64,000 bases of DNA from Podarcis filfolensis (lineage: Eukaryota). Location: NCBI GenBank assembly GCA_964270895.1, contig OZ185435.1; one strand, 5' to 3'. Below are positions 35,514 to 47,803 of this stretch, in pieces; position 1 is the first letter of the stretch; each line of letters starts with the position of its first letter. The notes under the pieces are model-generated. The model was given only the letters and a program-made list of their open reading frames with translations, was not told where the DNA came from and ran no database searches. The position numbers and the translations under genes were made by a program.

Positions 35514-36092
35514 TGTCCTGAACCCCTGGCAACAAGTCATTTTGTCAGGTCCCCAGTCCGGGGTGAATCCACATGTCCAAAGTCCCACAGAGATCCTGAA
35601 GTATTCAAGTTGAAGTCCTTCAACATGAGCAGTTGAGCAGACACAGCACCTCACCTCTGCTGCCCTTTTGTATTTTGAATGCTGACTGCAGCCTCTGGGC
35701 TTGATGAGGCATGTGACCCTCACCTGTTCTGAGCCTACTCCAGCTGAAGAATCACACACCTCCTTCCAGAGCTAGTGAGCCCCACCTGGCCAGCTAGGGA
35801 GCTGGGCTTTGAGCCCTTACCTGCCTCAGCCTCCTGGAGCACCCTGCCTGCTGCTCCCTATGCCTCGGAGCCCACTGTGTTCATGGAAATAGGACACCTC
35901 TGGCTCTGGTGATGGGTCCTGCTGCTCTGGTGCACTGACCACCATCCCCTCATCATCCTCTGCGTACTTCTTACACCAACCTCTCCTTCCCCATCCCCAG
36001 CTTGCTCTGGTGTGTCCCAGTCCTGGTGACACCCCTTTCCAGGATCTTCTTCCTCCTCTTCCTCTTCCCTGTTGTCCTGTCAGTTCATGACA
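35514..36092 (-). mobile_element. solo LTR, minus orientation
   Basis: Inverted termini TGTCCTGAAC / GTTCATGACA; the minus strand opens with the purine-rich GGGAAGAGGAAGAGGAGGAAG like the 12524 and 51484 elements; degenerate flanks CATAC/TATAT. Confidence 0.7.
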
Positions 36093-37995
36093 TATATGCC
36101 TGCCTGGTCAGTTTGATCCTTGGGAGAGACATATTTAGCAGTGCCATATGCTCTCAAGATCTGTCCTATGTCCACTAAGAATAGGGATTTTGGAATGTTG
36201 CTTCCAATGAACATCAGGCAAGTATTAACATTTAGGCACCTGAGACTTTCTCTGTAGGGTGGTCCAGCTGTGTTGCTGTACTACATTAATCTACTGATTT
36301 GTGGCACATTTTGTGGCTGTTTTATGAATGTAACTTTACCATTGATCTTATGCTACTCGTTGTCATGATATTTTTTCTTAATGTATAGAAAGTTGTGCAT
36401 TACAAACAACAAATAATATTGTGGGAGGGGGAAAATAATGGTCAAGGTGAAACAATGGTAACCCAAATCTGCTCTTCCTAAATCTGGAAGAAAAAAAACA
36501 CCACCACATGTTCCTGATGAATGGAATTTTCTGTCTTTTGTGAACCTACTGAGGCTTCTCTCAGAGGTGGGAAATTCCCTCACCCACCCCAAGTTTCACT
36601 TGTTTGGTTACAAGAATAATTTGACCTGTGTCATCAGAATTCTGGGGGAGGGGATGCATTAGCAAAATGTCTTTTGATCCTAATTAAAACATCAATGACA
36701 GCTATTTCTATTTCAGCCTTGTGGACTGTCAGCAACTCGTTGCAGTTCAAGGGGTCGTCATCCACTTATGTCACACTCTCTAATTAACTGTGATGCTCAG
36801 ATGCCCTTCCAAAAGAAAATGATATGGCGATTTGAGGTCCCAATTTTCAGTTAAGGGATGCGTGCAGATCATCTAGTTAATCCTGGAGATTTTTTTTTTA
36901 AAAAATGCTGTTCTAAAAGAGTATGTAGAAAAAACAGAAGCAACAAGGAAAGCCCAAATCTGCTTCTTCCCATCTCACACAAATCACAGCTGTATTTTCT
37001 TTCTCAAATTGCTATTTGATATACCCTGGAAGTCATACACCTTCCCAGATGGAAAACTAGTTTTAGATCTCGCTCTGACAGGTAGATGTGACTTGCATTC
37101 AAGATACTTTGAGGAGCAGATGGTCAGTTTAATAAGCTATCAATGACCATTATGAATGATCAAGCCATGTCCGAGTCTACTGGGAGAACTGCTTTGCATA
37201 AGACAGCATGCCTGCAAAAATATGATGATCAACCAGCAATGCAAGACCTTTCAGCTAGCATTTGGTTACTGGAATAAGTATGATCAGACAGTTTCAACCT
37301 AGTACATTTTTAAAATTTCAGTAAGAAGCTATTTTATATGCTTACATTTTATCTGATGCTAAATTTGACCTTTAAAGTTTAAAACATTCCATTGTTTGGG
37401 GACATGTTTATGAAGGTTCATCTCTTCCCACATGTACCAACCCCAAGCCTTAGAACTTTCCTGGAGGTTTTTTTCCGGGTCCCTCACCCAGGTGTGTCAA
37501 GTTTTTTAGATGGTAAGCCTGCTGTCTTGTTTTGTATGTAAGCTGTTCTGGAAGCCCTTTTCCCTGAAAAGCAGGGTGCAAATGCTCCAAATAACCAAGT
37601 GCTCTTCTCTGATGGCATCCCATTATCAAATGCCCTCCTTTGAATGGCTTGCCTAGTGCCTAATTTAATGTCCTTTCAGAGCCAATAGAAACCCTATTTA
37701 TTTCCAAGGGCTTTTAAATTTGGTGTTCTGTTCAACATTCTTTGATATTGATTTAGTTTTTTAAAGCTTGTTTCTATGCTGCATCACATTTATTGTATTG
37801 CTATGGTAGTGTTACTGATGTTTAACTTCCTGTAATGCTGACATGAGAGGTTTTGTAATCAGTTGACTTATAAATACCACAAATAAATGAATAAATGAAA
37901 ATTGAGCATTTGGGAAGCACCAATTATAACGCGCGGGGGGAACTACCAATATCAGTCTGATGTTATGTTCTACTGTATAGTAGTAGCAGAGCATA

Positions 37996-38115
37996 GGGTT
38001 CTGTCCAGTGCTAGTCTTAATCAGAGTAGACCCATTGAAATTAGTAGACACAAGTAACTTAGGCCCATTAGTTTCAGTGGGTCTGCTTTGAGCAGGGCTA
38101 GCATTGGCTAGACCC
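37996..38115. repeat. short palindromic element (same family as 34899-35017)
   Basis: TCAGAGTAGACCCATTGAAA...TTTCAGTGGGTCTGCTTTGA inverted arms. Confidence 0.65.
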
Positions 38116-39163
38116 ATAGGGCCTGGTGACGGGTTTCAGTATATGCAGAAGGGAATAGGCTTGCCATGTCACACTCCTGCACATGGGGCAAAGAGTTCAC
38201 ACATGCAGATAGGACTTTTGTCTGACTTCAAACAAAATGTTTTTTCAACGGAATCAGTTTACATGTTCAGCAAACTCCTAAACATGTTTAACCAGAAGTA
38301 GATCTCATGGAGTTGGAGCTTACTCCATTGAGGTAAGTGTGTTTAGGATTGCAGCCTAAATATCTCTGAACTTAATAGTTGTTTTAAGGTGTGGTACATT
38401 TAAAATTGCTCTTATACTGTTATACTACCACTTGTATTTTGAAATATCTGGAAGTAATGGAGCAAAATCCAGGTGCTGATTTAAAACCAAGCTGTTCTTT
38501 CTGTAGAGGTTTTGTTTTAATCAAGACTGAGGAAAGTGTTGCTTACTACCTCCCCTAGCTCTGAAATACTTTATTGCTATTTTCTGGTACATTAAGGAAA
38601 TCCCAAAATGAGGTGTTTGGAACAAATTGCAGCTCTCTCATTGAAGCCAAGCAAGTAATTCCAGATGGTAGTTTGGAACTCACTATACAACCATGAATTT
38701 ATATGCTTGTGAATAGCTATTCATGACTGCAACTTAATTCCATGTTCCTTTTTTGGCACTGCTGTTCACCTTTAACTCCACCATGGTGTAAAACTTGGTT
38801 TTTTGTAAAGCACTGAATCATTCATTCTATTTTTTCCCCTTAAATGAGCTCAGAGTTCCCATAAATGTAAATATTTCAGGAAGGCCCAATGCCAGCCTAC
38901 TTTTGACAAAAGACTACTGTAGCAAGTACCCAATATAACTAACCAATCTACAGCTGGAAAAGTCCATAATAGATGTATTTGGAAATGCCTTTTCCAGCAT
39001 GACAGAATTTTCTCAGTGTCACTGGTTCTCTACAAAACTGACTGCATGTTTTAAACAAATGGTTATCTTTCATCTGAGCCACATTGCAAGGATTCTTTAG
39101 ATCTCAAAAGCAAAGGCAAGCAAAATACAGATATTTCAGCCTACAGTTACAATACTATCAATT

Positions 39164-39299
39164 CAGGGCTCTTTTTCAGCCAGAACTTACCAGAACTCAG
39201 TTCCAGCGCCTTTCAGGCGGGCTCCATTGTCATTCAAAGAGAGTGAGGGGGGCATTCATAGTGAGTTCTTGCACTTCATTTTCTAGAAAAATAGCACTA
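39164..39299. mobile_element. hAT-type MITE, decayed
   Basis: CAGGGCTCTTTTTC ... GAAAAATAGCACTA termini; TSD poorly preserved. Confidence 0.55.
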
Positions 39300-39972
39300 T
39301 CATCATAAGAGATTTTGCCGTGTCACTGTTTCCTATATTAACCAAGTAACCCATGAGAACATAATCACTTGGGAACAAATAAGACACTCTTCATCTCCTA
39401 GGAACTATCTTCTTGAGATTTGTCTTTTGGGTGTGCAGTTGCACATGTGTTTGATTATGACACGCTGCTCTCATTCATATGCCATGTTAAACATTTTATG
39501 TTTTGAAAATCAGAAACACTTCATCTTGAACTCATATGTTCTCCCTTCTCCTTTTGATGCACCACGAGGAAAAGTTCAGAAGTTCTCACTGCTATTTATA
39601 TTAACTGCCATTTAATCTAAACTTAAATAAACCATGTTTGGCTGAAACAGCTCTGCCTTCCAACCATAACTGATGGAGTCAGATTGTTTTAACCAGGCAT
39701 ACTTAACATGAACCCTGTTTTGGTTTGGATGACACACTAAACTGCTGTTAATCTAAATGAGAAGCTTTAGATCCTTCTCATGGCCACAGCATAGAAAGAA
39801 AGTGAGCCGTGCTGACTCATGTTCTCCTAAAACTAAACAGTTGTTTAGCATTATGTCCAAACATAACGGTTGTGCCAGCTGATCAGGGAGCAAAGGATTG
39901 CACCAGTATGATTTCACTAGCCATGGTGCATGCACAACATTTATGGTGAAGGCATTATAACCAGTCCCATGT

Positions 39973-39991
39973 AATAATAATAATAATAGTA

Positions 39992-40041
<50 letters not shown>

Positions 40042-40487
40042 TTTTATTTATACCCCTCCCTCCCCAGCCAAGGATGGGCTCAGGGCGGCTAACAAGCAAT
40101 AATAAAAATATGTTGAATGAATACAACTTAAAAACAAAATTAAAATACAACATTAAAATATTGAAACATTGAAATATTAAAATGTAGCCTCATCGTAGGA
40201 GGAGAAAGGAAAAGAAAAAAGAAAGAGGGGGAGGGAATCAAATTGGCTCCAGGCCAAAGGCCAGGCAGAACAACTCTGTCTTACAGGCCCTGTGCAAAGA
40301 AATCAGATCCTGCAGGGCCCTGGTCTCATGAGGCAGAGCGTTCCACCAGGCCAGAGCCTGCGTTGAAAAGGCCCTGGCTCTGGTTCAAGCTAATCTAACT
40401 TCCTTAGGGCCTGGGACCACTAGGGTGTTGCTATTTATGGACCTTGAGGCTCTCCGTGGGGCATACCGGGAGAGGCTGTCCTGTAGG
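39973..40487 (-). mobile_element. L2 LINE 3' end with an expanded (TAA)n tail
   Basis: TTTATACCCCTCCC...GCTCAGGGCGGCTAACAA and GGCAGAGCGTTCCACCAGG...GAAAAGGCCCTGG are the reverse complement of the L2 3' end (WN.LP, RAFS motifs); (AAT)n at 39973-40040. Confidence 0.8.
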
Positions 40488-41511
40488 CCCCTCGTTGCAC
40501 ATCGCAGACAGAACCAGCATGCTCATGTGCCACAAACATCTGCATGGTGGTGCCCTGTGTGTGGCAGTACACCTGAAGGTGGGGCTAGTTGGCACATACA
40601 GTGTCAGGGGTGGGGCTACACATTGGGGCATATGCGCGAATAGGTTTACTCTTGAAAAGAAAAACCTCATGAGACAAACAACTGCATCTGCAATGGTTAA
40701 GCTATAACAAGTCTCAAAGCTGAATTCTGATGGATCAAACCATTATTTCTGACAATACAGTGATGTGTAGTGCAATGTGACACCCTTTATAGAATGGATT
40801 TTCTGCTTTGGCTGCCAAACATCGGAATTTAAGCATGGGTATTATGTGAGCTAGACCTGACTGGTGACGACTGCTTTGTGTTGCAAGGCAGGACTGAACC
40901 AGTCCTAGCAGTGCAAACCTATGGGGATTAGAGAGGAATGTGCCAGGGGAGTTCCCTAGCAACAGCTCTTATTAAGACGAAATGTTAAAATGGGGACGAA
41001 ACTGTTATGAATTAACCAATGTTTAGATTGTATGATCACACATTCCTTTTATTTTGGTTGCTTGTGATATTACAGTATCGCTGTTCAAGGGGGAGTGCGT
41101 AATGCAAAGCTTCTCTATGAATTAATTTTGGCTGACAGTGTTCTTAACAAGTGACAGTTCTAAATATAGCCTGATGAGCAAAACAGACATTGCCCTTAGG
41201 TTGGGCAAACCACATTGCAGTCACTTCCCCCACCCCTTTTGATATGGGAAACATAACAATAAAAGATCAGGAATGAAAATAGAGAACCAGGGCCCCTTCC
41301 CCCTTGCCCTGTGTTTCTCCCCCTCTCTCAATGTTAAAAATGAATTTTAAAAGGCTTATGTGAGCATGACATAATTTTGCTCCAGATTATTTTTGTTCTC
41401 TTGCTCTGTTGAACAGTATGTGACAGTGTGCAAGTCAGTCACCATATGCTCTTTGGAAGAACTATGAACATCAATTGTGGGTGCATGGTTCAAGATATAT
41501 GGATGCCCATG

Positions 41512-41559
<48 letters not shown>

Positions 41560-41560
41560 T
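41512..41560. repeat. (CTTT)n microsatellite
   Basis: Direct repeat. Confidence 0.98.
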
Positions 41561-41565
41561 CGAAT

Positions 41566-41696
41566 TTAAGAAAATCCTTCTGGATCAGGCCAATGGCTTT
41601 TCTAGTCCAGCATCATGTTCTCACAGTGGCCAACCAGATGACCATGTGAAACCCAGAAGCAGGACCTGAGTACTCTCCATCCCTGTGGTTTCCAGC
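41566..41696 (-). mobile_element. older CR1 3' UTR fragment
   Basis: CTGGATCAGGCCAATGGC...TAGTCCAGCATCATGTTCTCACAGTGGCCAACCAGATG; same family as 14856-15095. Confidence 0.75.
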
Positions 41697-41966
41697 CAGT
41701 GCTGGATTTACGTATAAGCTAAACAAGCTATAGCTTAGGGCCCCACTCTCTTGGGGGCCCCAAAAAATTGAAAGGGGAAAAAACACCTGGATGTACATTT
41801 CCAAAATATAAGATAAAAAACAAATAAAATAAAACCTACATACAGCAACAGTGTTTGTTAGGTCCATAAATTGCCATATAGCATATGTGCAACACAAAAA
41901 ACAGTGACAATTTGTTGTTGGCAAAGGACAACTGGACATATAAAGGGCCCCATTACCTTCAGTAGC
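41697..41966. mobile_element. hAT-like non-autonomous element, right end truncated
   Basis: Starts CAGTGCTGGATTTACGTATAAGCT...AGCTTAGGGCCCC, with a second AGGGCCCC block near the right end; no right TIR. Confidence 0.5.
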
Positions 41967-41969
41967 GGT

Positions 41970-43003
41970 AGTGAGTCCTCCCCCAGGAATGACCCATTTG
42001 CTCTCCCCTCTTGCAAAGATGGCAGGAAATGTATGCTATTGTTCAACCATCATGTGTGCCAGATAGAGCCTTCAGCCCAGTTAAAGACTGGGAACAAAGG
42101 AGGAACAAAGTCACCTCAACTAAAGCTGACATTTGTCCTATTGCTGAAGAAGATCACAGTCAATAGGAAGAATTATGGCACCACTAGCAACTGCAGAGAT
42201 GGTGCAAGGAAAAATCAAGAGGTCTAATCAATCTACTGCAGTTCCAAATAAAAATTACCCTCCAGATTCAGCAGACTGGACAGTCCCAGAAGAAGAGGAT
42301 TTGTTGAGTAATTATATTAACCTACCAGATAAAAAGCAAAGTGATATTCTCACCAAACTAGCTAAGTTACAGTCCAGGTTGACCCAAATACAACAGCATG
42401 GACAACAAAACGTTGGTGAAACAATTGACAATCAAGCCTTTCACCCACAAGCTGTTTCTCCAAAATGTATGGTTAAAAAGAAGGTTGCCAGAGGAACGTT
42501 TAAGTGCATAGATGCAGAGCTGCAAACTCAACCCCTCTTGGAATATGATATGGTGAGGGACAATCCTGATCGTGTGACTATGAATTCCTGGCTGAGCTAC
42601 TGGAAATTAGCTCCAAATGAAATACGCAGTCCTCTCCAGAGAATCAGAAAGGATACTAACACCACTGAATCGGTTCCCACTGATAAGATGAAATTAGGGA
42701 CCTGGGCAAAGTGGAAATGACAAGCACAGAGCCTTAAAGGAATTGGGGCTAAAACTGATGTCAAGGAACATAGCAAGCTGGTGTTCAAAGCAAAATAATA
42801 AACAGCTGATGAACTATTTTGAGCAATTTTATATTATTCTGCTACAAGAAACATGGCACAATGACTCTGTAATGCTTAACAGATACAAGTGTCACTCATT
42901 GACAGCCACTCCCTCAATGAAAGGTGGTAGGGCCAGCAGAGGTTTAGCATGTTTCACCTCCACAAAGTTGAATGCAAACTACAACAGCCATGATGCCATG
43001 TAA
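41970..43003 (+). mobile_element. non-LTR retrotransposon relic: ORF1 remnant plus APE endonuclease N-terminus
   Basis: ORF 42175-42720 has a coiled-coil-like segment (KQSDILTKLAKLQSRLTQIQQ); ORF 42743-43003 has LMSRNIASW, IILLQETW and GGRASRGLA, the APE motifs I-III of LINE ORF2. Confidence 0.78.
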
Positions 43004-43079
43004 GTGGGACGAAGATAATTTCCCCACTCCTCTTTTTAAAGAAATTCAAAAATTGTGAGTTTCAGCTGAGGAAAGGATA

Positions 43080-43431
43080 AAAGTAAAGGTAAAGGGACCC
43101 CTGACCATTAGGTCCAGCTGTGACCGACTCTGGGGTTGCGGCACTCATCTCGCTTTATTGGCCGAGGGAGCTGGCGTAAAGCTTCCGGGTCATGTGGCCA
43201 GCATGACTAAGCCGCTTCTGGCAAACCAGAGCAGCGCACGGAAACGCCGTTTACCTTCCCACCAGAGCGGCTATTTATCTACTTGCACTTTGATGTGCTT
43301 TCGAACTGCTAGGTTGGCAGGAGCAGGGACCGAGCAACGGGAGCTCATCCCATTGTGGGGATTCGAACTGCCGACCTTCTGATCAGCAAGTCCTAGGCTC
43401 TGTGGTTTAACCCACAGCGCCACCCCTGTCC
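43080..43431 (-). mobile_element. Sauria SINE, full length, young
   Basis: Perfect 14-bp TSD CTGAGGAAAGGATA (43066-43079, 43432-43445); (AAAGGT)n tail complement at the left end. Confidence 0.95.
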
Positions 43432-44399
43432 CTGAGGAAAGGATACATGGATGCTTTTCTAGATTAATCTAGCATACAAGATGTGACACACATGAAGGCT
43501 AAAATTCAGACAAGAAGATGGAATTATTATTTTTATCACATTGGTGGGAGGTGGATAGAGGAAATCTGGGAAAGGAGGTTGTCTGAACCAAATCACAGTG
43601 CAATCTGTTGCTGCTATGGTGGCATTCTCCTGACAGAGCTGAAGTAGTATTGCTGTTGGTTTAGGAAGGCACACCATCCTACAGACAGGTGACTTGATGA
43701 CAGTGAAGTAAAAGCCCCCCCTCCACCCCTTTGGTGCTTCTGTTTCAACACAAAAGAATATAGGTGACACAATGTCTTGACTGCAATGTGAACATAAGAA
43801 TGATCAAAGAGCAGTTAAACAGGATTCCACCGGCTTGGCTTTGCTGAAGCAGAGAGATCTGCAGCCTCATTTGCCACCACATACATGTACTCACGTCCAC
43901 ATCAAACATTTCCTTCTGGGAAATATACTGCAAGAGGATAATTAAGAAGGAATATAATTGCTGTTGGTTGGGAACTTAGAGTCTGTATGTTTTGCAAATG
44001 GGGTATATCATAATCTGTTCTAATTGCATTACTCTTCATTCATGCATGAGCCGAATGAAAACACATCCATTTCCCTTAGCATATGCACCGATTGCTGCAA
44101 GTTCAAGGAGAAATGCATTAAAACAAACAAACGCTACCCAATTCAGTCAAAACTTTCTTCTATCGAACGGGGACAATGTAAGGCAACAGGCATGGGTTCA
44201 GTTAACTATAGGTTCAGTTAACTATTCAGAAATTAACACCACTTTCTATTGCCAATATTATGCTCACCATGACGACCTTGAAATGTCCACTTCACAACAC
44301 AGAGAATGCTTTTGGCACTGCTTAAGGGGAAATGGGCTAAAAGTCACTCTAATTGTATTCTACCTCCAGCATTAGAGGCAGGGCGCCTTCAAATATTAG

Positions 44400-44517
44400 T
44401 TACTGTTGCACTATGGTCCCACTTGTGGGCTCCCCTTGAGCATCTGGCTTAGAACTGTGAGAACAGCATAATGGACTGAATTGGCCTTTGGTCTGATCCA
44501 GCAGGGCCCTCCTTGTT
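44400..44517 (+). mobile_element. older CR1 3' UTR fragment
   Basis: GAGCATCTGGC...CTGTGAGAACAG...GGCCTTTGGTCTGATCCAGCAGGGC; reverse complement of the 14856 family. Confidence 0.65.
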
Positions 44518-44847
44518 AGCAATTCAAATCCATAACATTACCCATATTTTTGTTTCTAAATTTGTCATAGTTAAACTATCGGAGGAAAGCCCTGCTTTCC
44601 CATGTCCATTCTCTTATGTATATAAAAGCTGTGTCCATATATCCTAGCACACAACAAAATCCAGGATAGGACTATACCATTAGCAGCAGGCTTGATTCTC
44701 TCAATTTTTTTGTGTTATACTTGTACATAAATCAAAGTGAGAATAATAGGCTTGGGAACATGGCAGAAAGATACAGAGAACGTGGAAGTCTACAAAACGT
44801 TGGCAACTAAAAGAGACAAATAGGGTGTGAAAAGATACACCATATAG

Positions 44848-44976
44848 TAGCCTTCCAAACCTCTTGCCCTCTAGATGTTTTGGACCAAAAACTAATAGAC
44901 CTGGGGAAAAGTGTTGGCTTGGGCTAAGGTGTTGTCATTCCAAAAAAACTGGAGGGCACCAGATTGGGGGTGGCTT
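44848..44976. mobile_element. short palindromic hAT-type MITE
   Basis: AGCCTTCCAAACCTCTTGCCCTCTAGATG / CTGGAGGGCACCAGATTGGGGGTGGCT arms. Confidence 0.65.
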
Positions 44977-45028
44977 CAGCTTTTTTCTTTTCTTTTGGTG
45001 ACAGAAGAAGTTGTTAGTATGCAAGGGA

Positions 45029-45310
45029 ACCCTGGGTGCTCACTAGAAGGACAGATCCTGAAGCTGAGGCTCCAATACTTTGGCCACCTCATGAGAAGAG
45101 AAGACTCCCTGGAAAAGACCCTGATGTTGGGAAAGATGGAGGGCACAAGGAGAAGAGGATGACAGAGGACGAGATGGTTGGACAGTGTTCTTGAAGCTAC
45201 AAACATGAGTCTGACCAAACTGCGGGAGGCAGTGGAAGACAGGAGTGCCTGGCGTGCTCTGGTCCATGGGGTCACGAAGAGTCGGACACAACTAAACGAC
45301 TAAACAACAA
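45029..45310 (+). mobile_element. Bov-B (RTE) LINE 3' end, 5'-truncated
   Basis: SLEGQILKLRLQYFGHLMRREDSLEKTLMLGKMEGTRRRG; tail CTAAACGACTAAACAACAA; perfect 10-bp TSD ATGCAAGGGA (45019-45028, 45311-45320). Confidence 0.96.
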
Positions 45311-45714
45311 ATGCAAGGGAGGAAATTCTTCCAGGGGTTTAAAAAGAGAGAAAAGGGTATTGCTGCCTGTAATTAAATAGCCTGAGGATTTCTTTGTTCA
45401 TTTATATATTTCAGATCAAACTAACAATCAAGATGTACAACCTTTCTTTTAGAATTCCAACTTGCCTAAATCAATTTAACAAAAAATAATAATTCAGCAT
45501 CCTATTCTCAGGAGTCAATCAGGTGCCTGTGGGAATCCCAAAGCCAGCAAATGTGTGCAGTGCCTCTCATAATGGAGATAGTACCCAGCCTTCATGGCTA
45601 GTAGCCATGAAGCAACATACACCAGTTTATGCACTGCTTGATTGTAAAACAAAACAAAACCTTAAAGCGGTTAACAAAAAGTTAAAAAATTACTGGCCCC
45701 AATATAGATGTTTG

Positions 45715-46392
45715 GTTACATCTCTCCATTGTGAGCAGCGTCCATTTATTCCTACTTTCTCCTTCCTGTTGTTTAGCCAGTTACTGATCCATAAGAGGGA
45801 CTTTCCTCTCATCTCCTGATTGCTAAGCTTACTCGGAAGCTTTTGGTGAGCGACTGCATCCAAAGCTTTTTGAAAGTCTATGTACACAGCGTCAACTGGG
45901 TCACCTCTAGCTAAGGGAGCTGGGCATGTTTAGCCTGGAGAAGAGGAGGTTAAGGGGTGATATGATAGCCATGTTCAAATATATAAAAGGATGTCACATA
46001 GAGGAGGGAGAAAGGTTGTTTTCTGCTGCTCCAGAGAAGCGGACACGGAGCAATGGATCCAAACTACAAGAAAGAAGATTCCACCTAAACATTAGGAAGA
46101 ACTTCCTGACAGTAAGAGCTGTTCGACAGTGGAATTTGCTGCCAAGGAGTGTGGTGGAGTCTCCTTCTTTGGAGGTCTTTAAGCAGAGGCTTGACAACCA
46201 TATGTCAGGAGTGCTCTGATGGTGTTTCCTGCTTGGCAGGGGGTTGGACTCGATGGCCCTTGTGGTCTCTTCCAACTCTATGATTCTATGATTCTATGAT
46301 TCTATGATATGCTTGTTGGCACTATAAAAAGGTTAGTGAAACAGGACTTGAGTTTTACAGAAGCCATGCTAGTTCTGCTTCAACAAGGGTTG
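45715..46392 (-). mobile_element. older CR1 RT fragment split by a younger CR1
   Basis: Minus-strand GDPVDAVYIDFQKA...WISNWL..RK.KVGING...WRDVT at 45715-45913 continues at 46308-46392 with the upstream QHGF...LTNL region. Confidence 0.82.
45911..46307 (+). mobile_element. young CR1 LINE 3' end
   Basis: Intact frame MFSLEKRRLRGDMIAMFKYIKG...RQWNLLPRSVVESPSLEVFKQRLD; (ATTCTATG)n tail. Confidence 0.96.
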
Positions 46393-47049
46393 CCATGAAG
46401 ACTTTAAGTGGAGTAGCCTGGAATTTCCTGGATCCTCCCTGGATCCTTTCCCCTAAAATTGGTTTTAAACTGGCTACTTTCAAATCCTTATGTATAGAAG
46501 CTGATCCTTAGAACAAGTTACATATTTTTCTTAGCAGCTAAGCAATTTCACATTTGAGTTCTTTAAGAACTCGAGAGTGGATGCCATGCAGACCTGATGA
46601 ATTGCCAGTTTTTGGTTTGTCAAAAAGGGAACTTTTTCTCTTGTCGCCTCTAAATGCCTCAGTTTCTCACACTCCCTTTCTCTGAAAGTTAGCTCAGGCA
46701 GAGTCTTGGATCTTCCACCGTGGAGACAGATGCAAAGATTTCACCCAGCTGCACTGCAATCTTCTTTCCCTCCTTTAGCGCACCTTTGACTCCCTTGTTG
46801 TCCGAAAATTGAACTGCCTGCCTAGCCAGTTTCCCATTTCAAATATATTTAACGTTATTTTCACTGCTGTGGCGTTAATGTTTAGTGATATGCTCCTCAA
46901 TTATGATTATTTTTGCATCCTTTATTGCCCACCTGAATTTCTTTTGCCACAGTTTTTGTTCCATTTCATTCTCATTTGGGCAGGAGTTGGAGGAAGCTTT
47001 CTAGGCTCTAATAGTTTCCTGTACTCTTCTCGATGTTACCTGTCCTGAC

Positions 47050-47139
47050 TATAGCTGTCAACTTTTCCCTTTTCTTGCGAGGAATCCTATTCAGAATAAG
47101 GGGATTTCCCTTAAAAAAAGGGAAACGTTGACAGCTATG
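47050..47139. mobile_element. 90-bp hAT-type MITE
   Basis: TIRs of about 24 bp, TATAGCTGTCAACTTTTCCCTTTT / AAAAGGGAAACGTTGACAGCTATG; perfect 8-bp TSD GTCCTGAC. Confidence 0.9.
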
Positions 47140-47803
47140 GTCCTGACATTCTCTTCACCTCAGTGGTTTTTTTCCTGATCTGCAGTACGCATTATAGCTT
47201 CTATTATTGTGATGTTGAATAACATCCGAACATTTTAGAGAGATTTGACCCATATGACTTCCCCTTTCAGCTTCCTTTTTTAAAAAACCCCCAAAACCCT
47301 CCTTTTAAAAAAGATCCCTCTTTTGAAGTCAAAGAAAGTGGTGTGGTCTGATTTTGTAATATTTTCTAATATGGAAAAAGAGCATGGACGATCCCCATGA
47401 ACAGTGTATAGTAGGTTTCGGTTGATGTAGGTTCTCCTTTGCTTTTCACGTGATAAAAGGATTTTTATTTTTATGTATAAATTTTGTAATATATTTGCAC
47501 TCAGTCAACTCTGAGAGAAATTAATACCTGCTTGATGTTTTGGATAAGGTATACAGTGCAGTAGTATTGTTTAATTGGTTTGGGTCATTTCCCCTATAAT
47601 TATTGTCAGTTTGTTTCATGTCCCCACCCCCTTTTAGTTTATTTTCATGGATGGCTGACAATCTGATATTGTTCTGTTTGTATGAAGATTGTTTTGACAG
47701 CTGTAATAATTTTCTTGCTTGCTTGCTTATTAGAAATTTAATGAAGATTATTTAGAAAGCAAAAATATAACCAAAGTAGTCATTCTCATCCCTTAGGTAT
47801 GAT

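Noticed and set aside
45690-46307. Twin-priming 5' inversion of a single CR1
   Set aside because: The minus-strand CR1 continues on the far side of the plus-strand tail (46308-46392), so this is a nested insertion of two elements.
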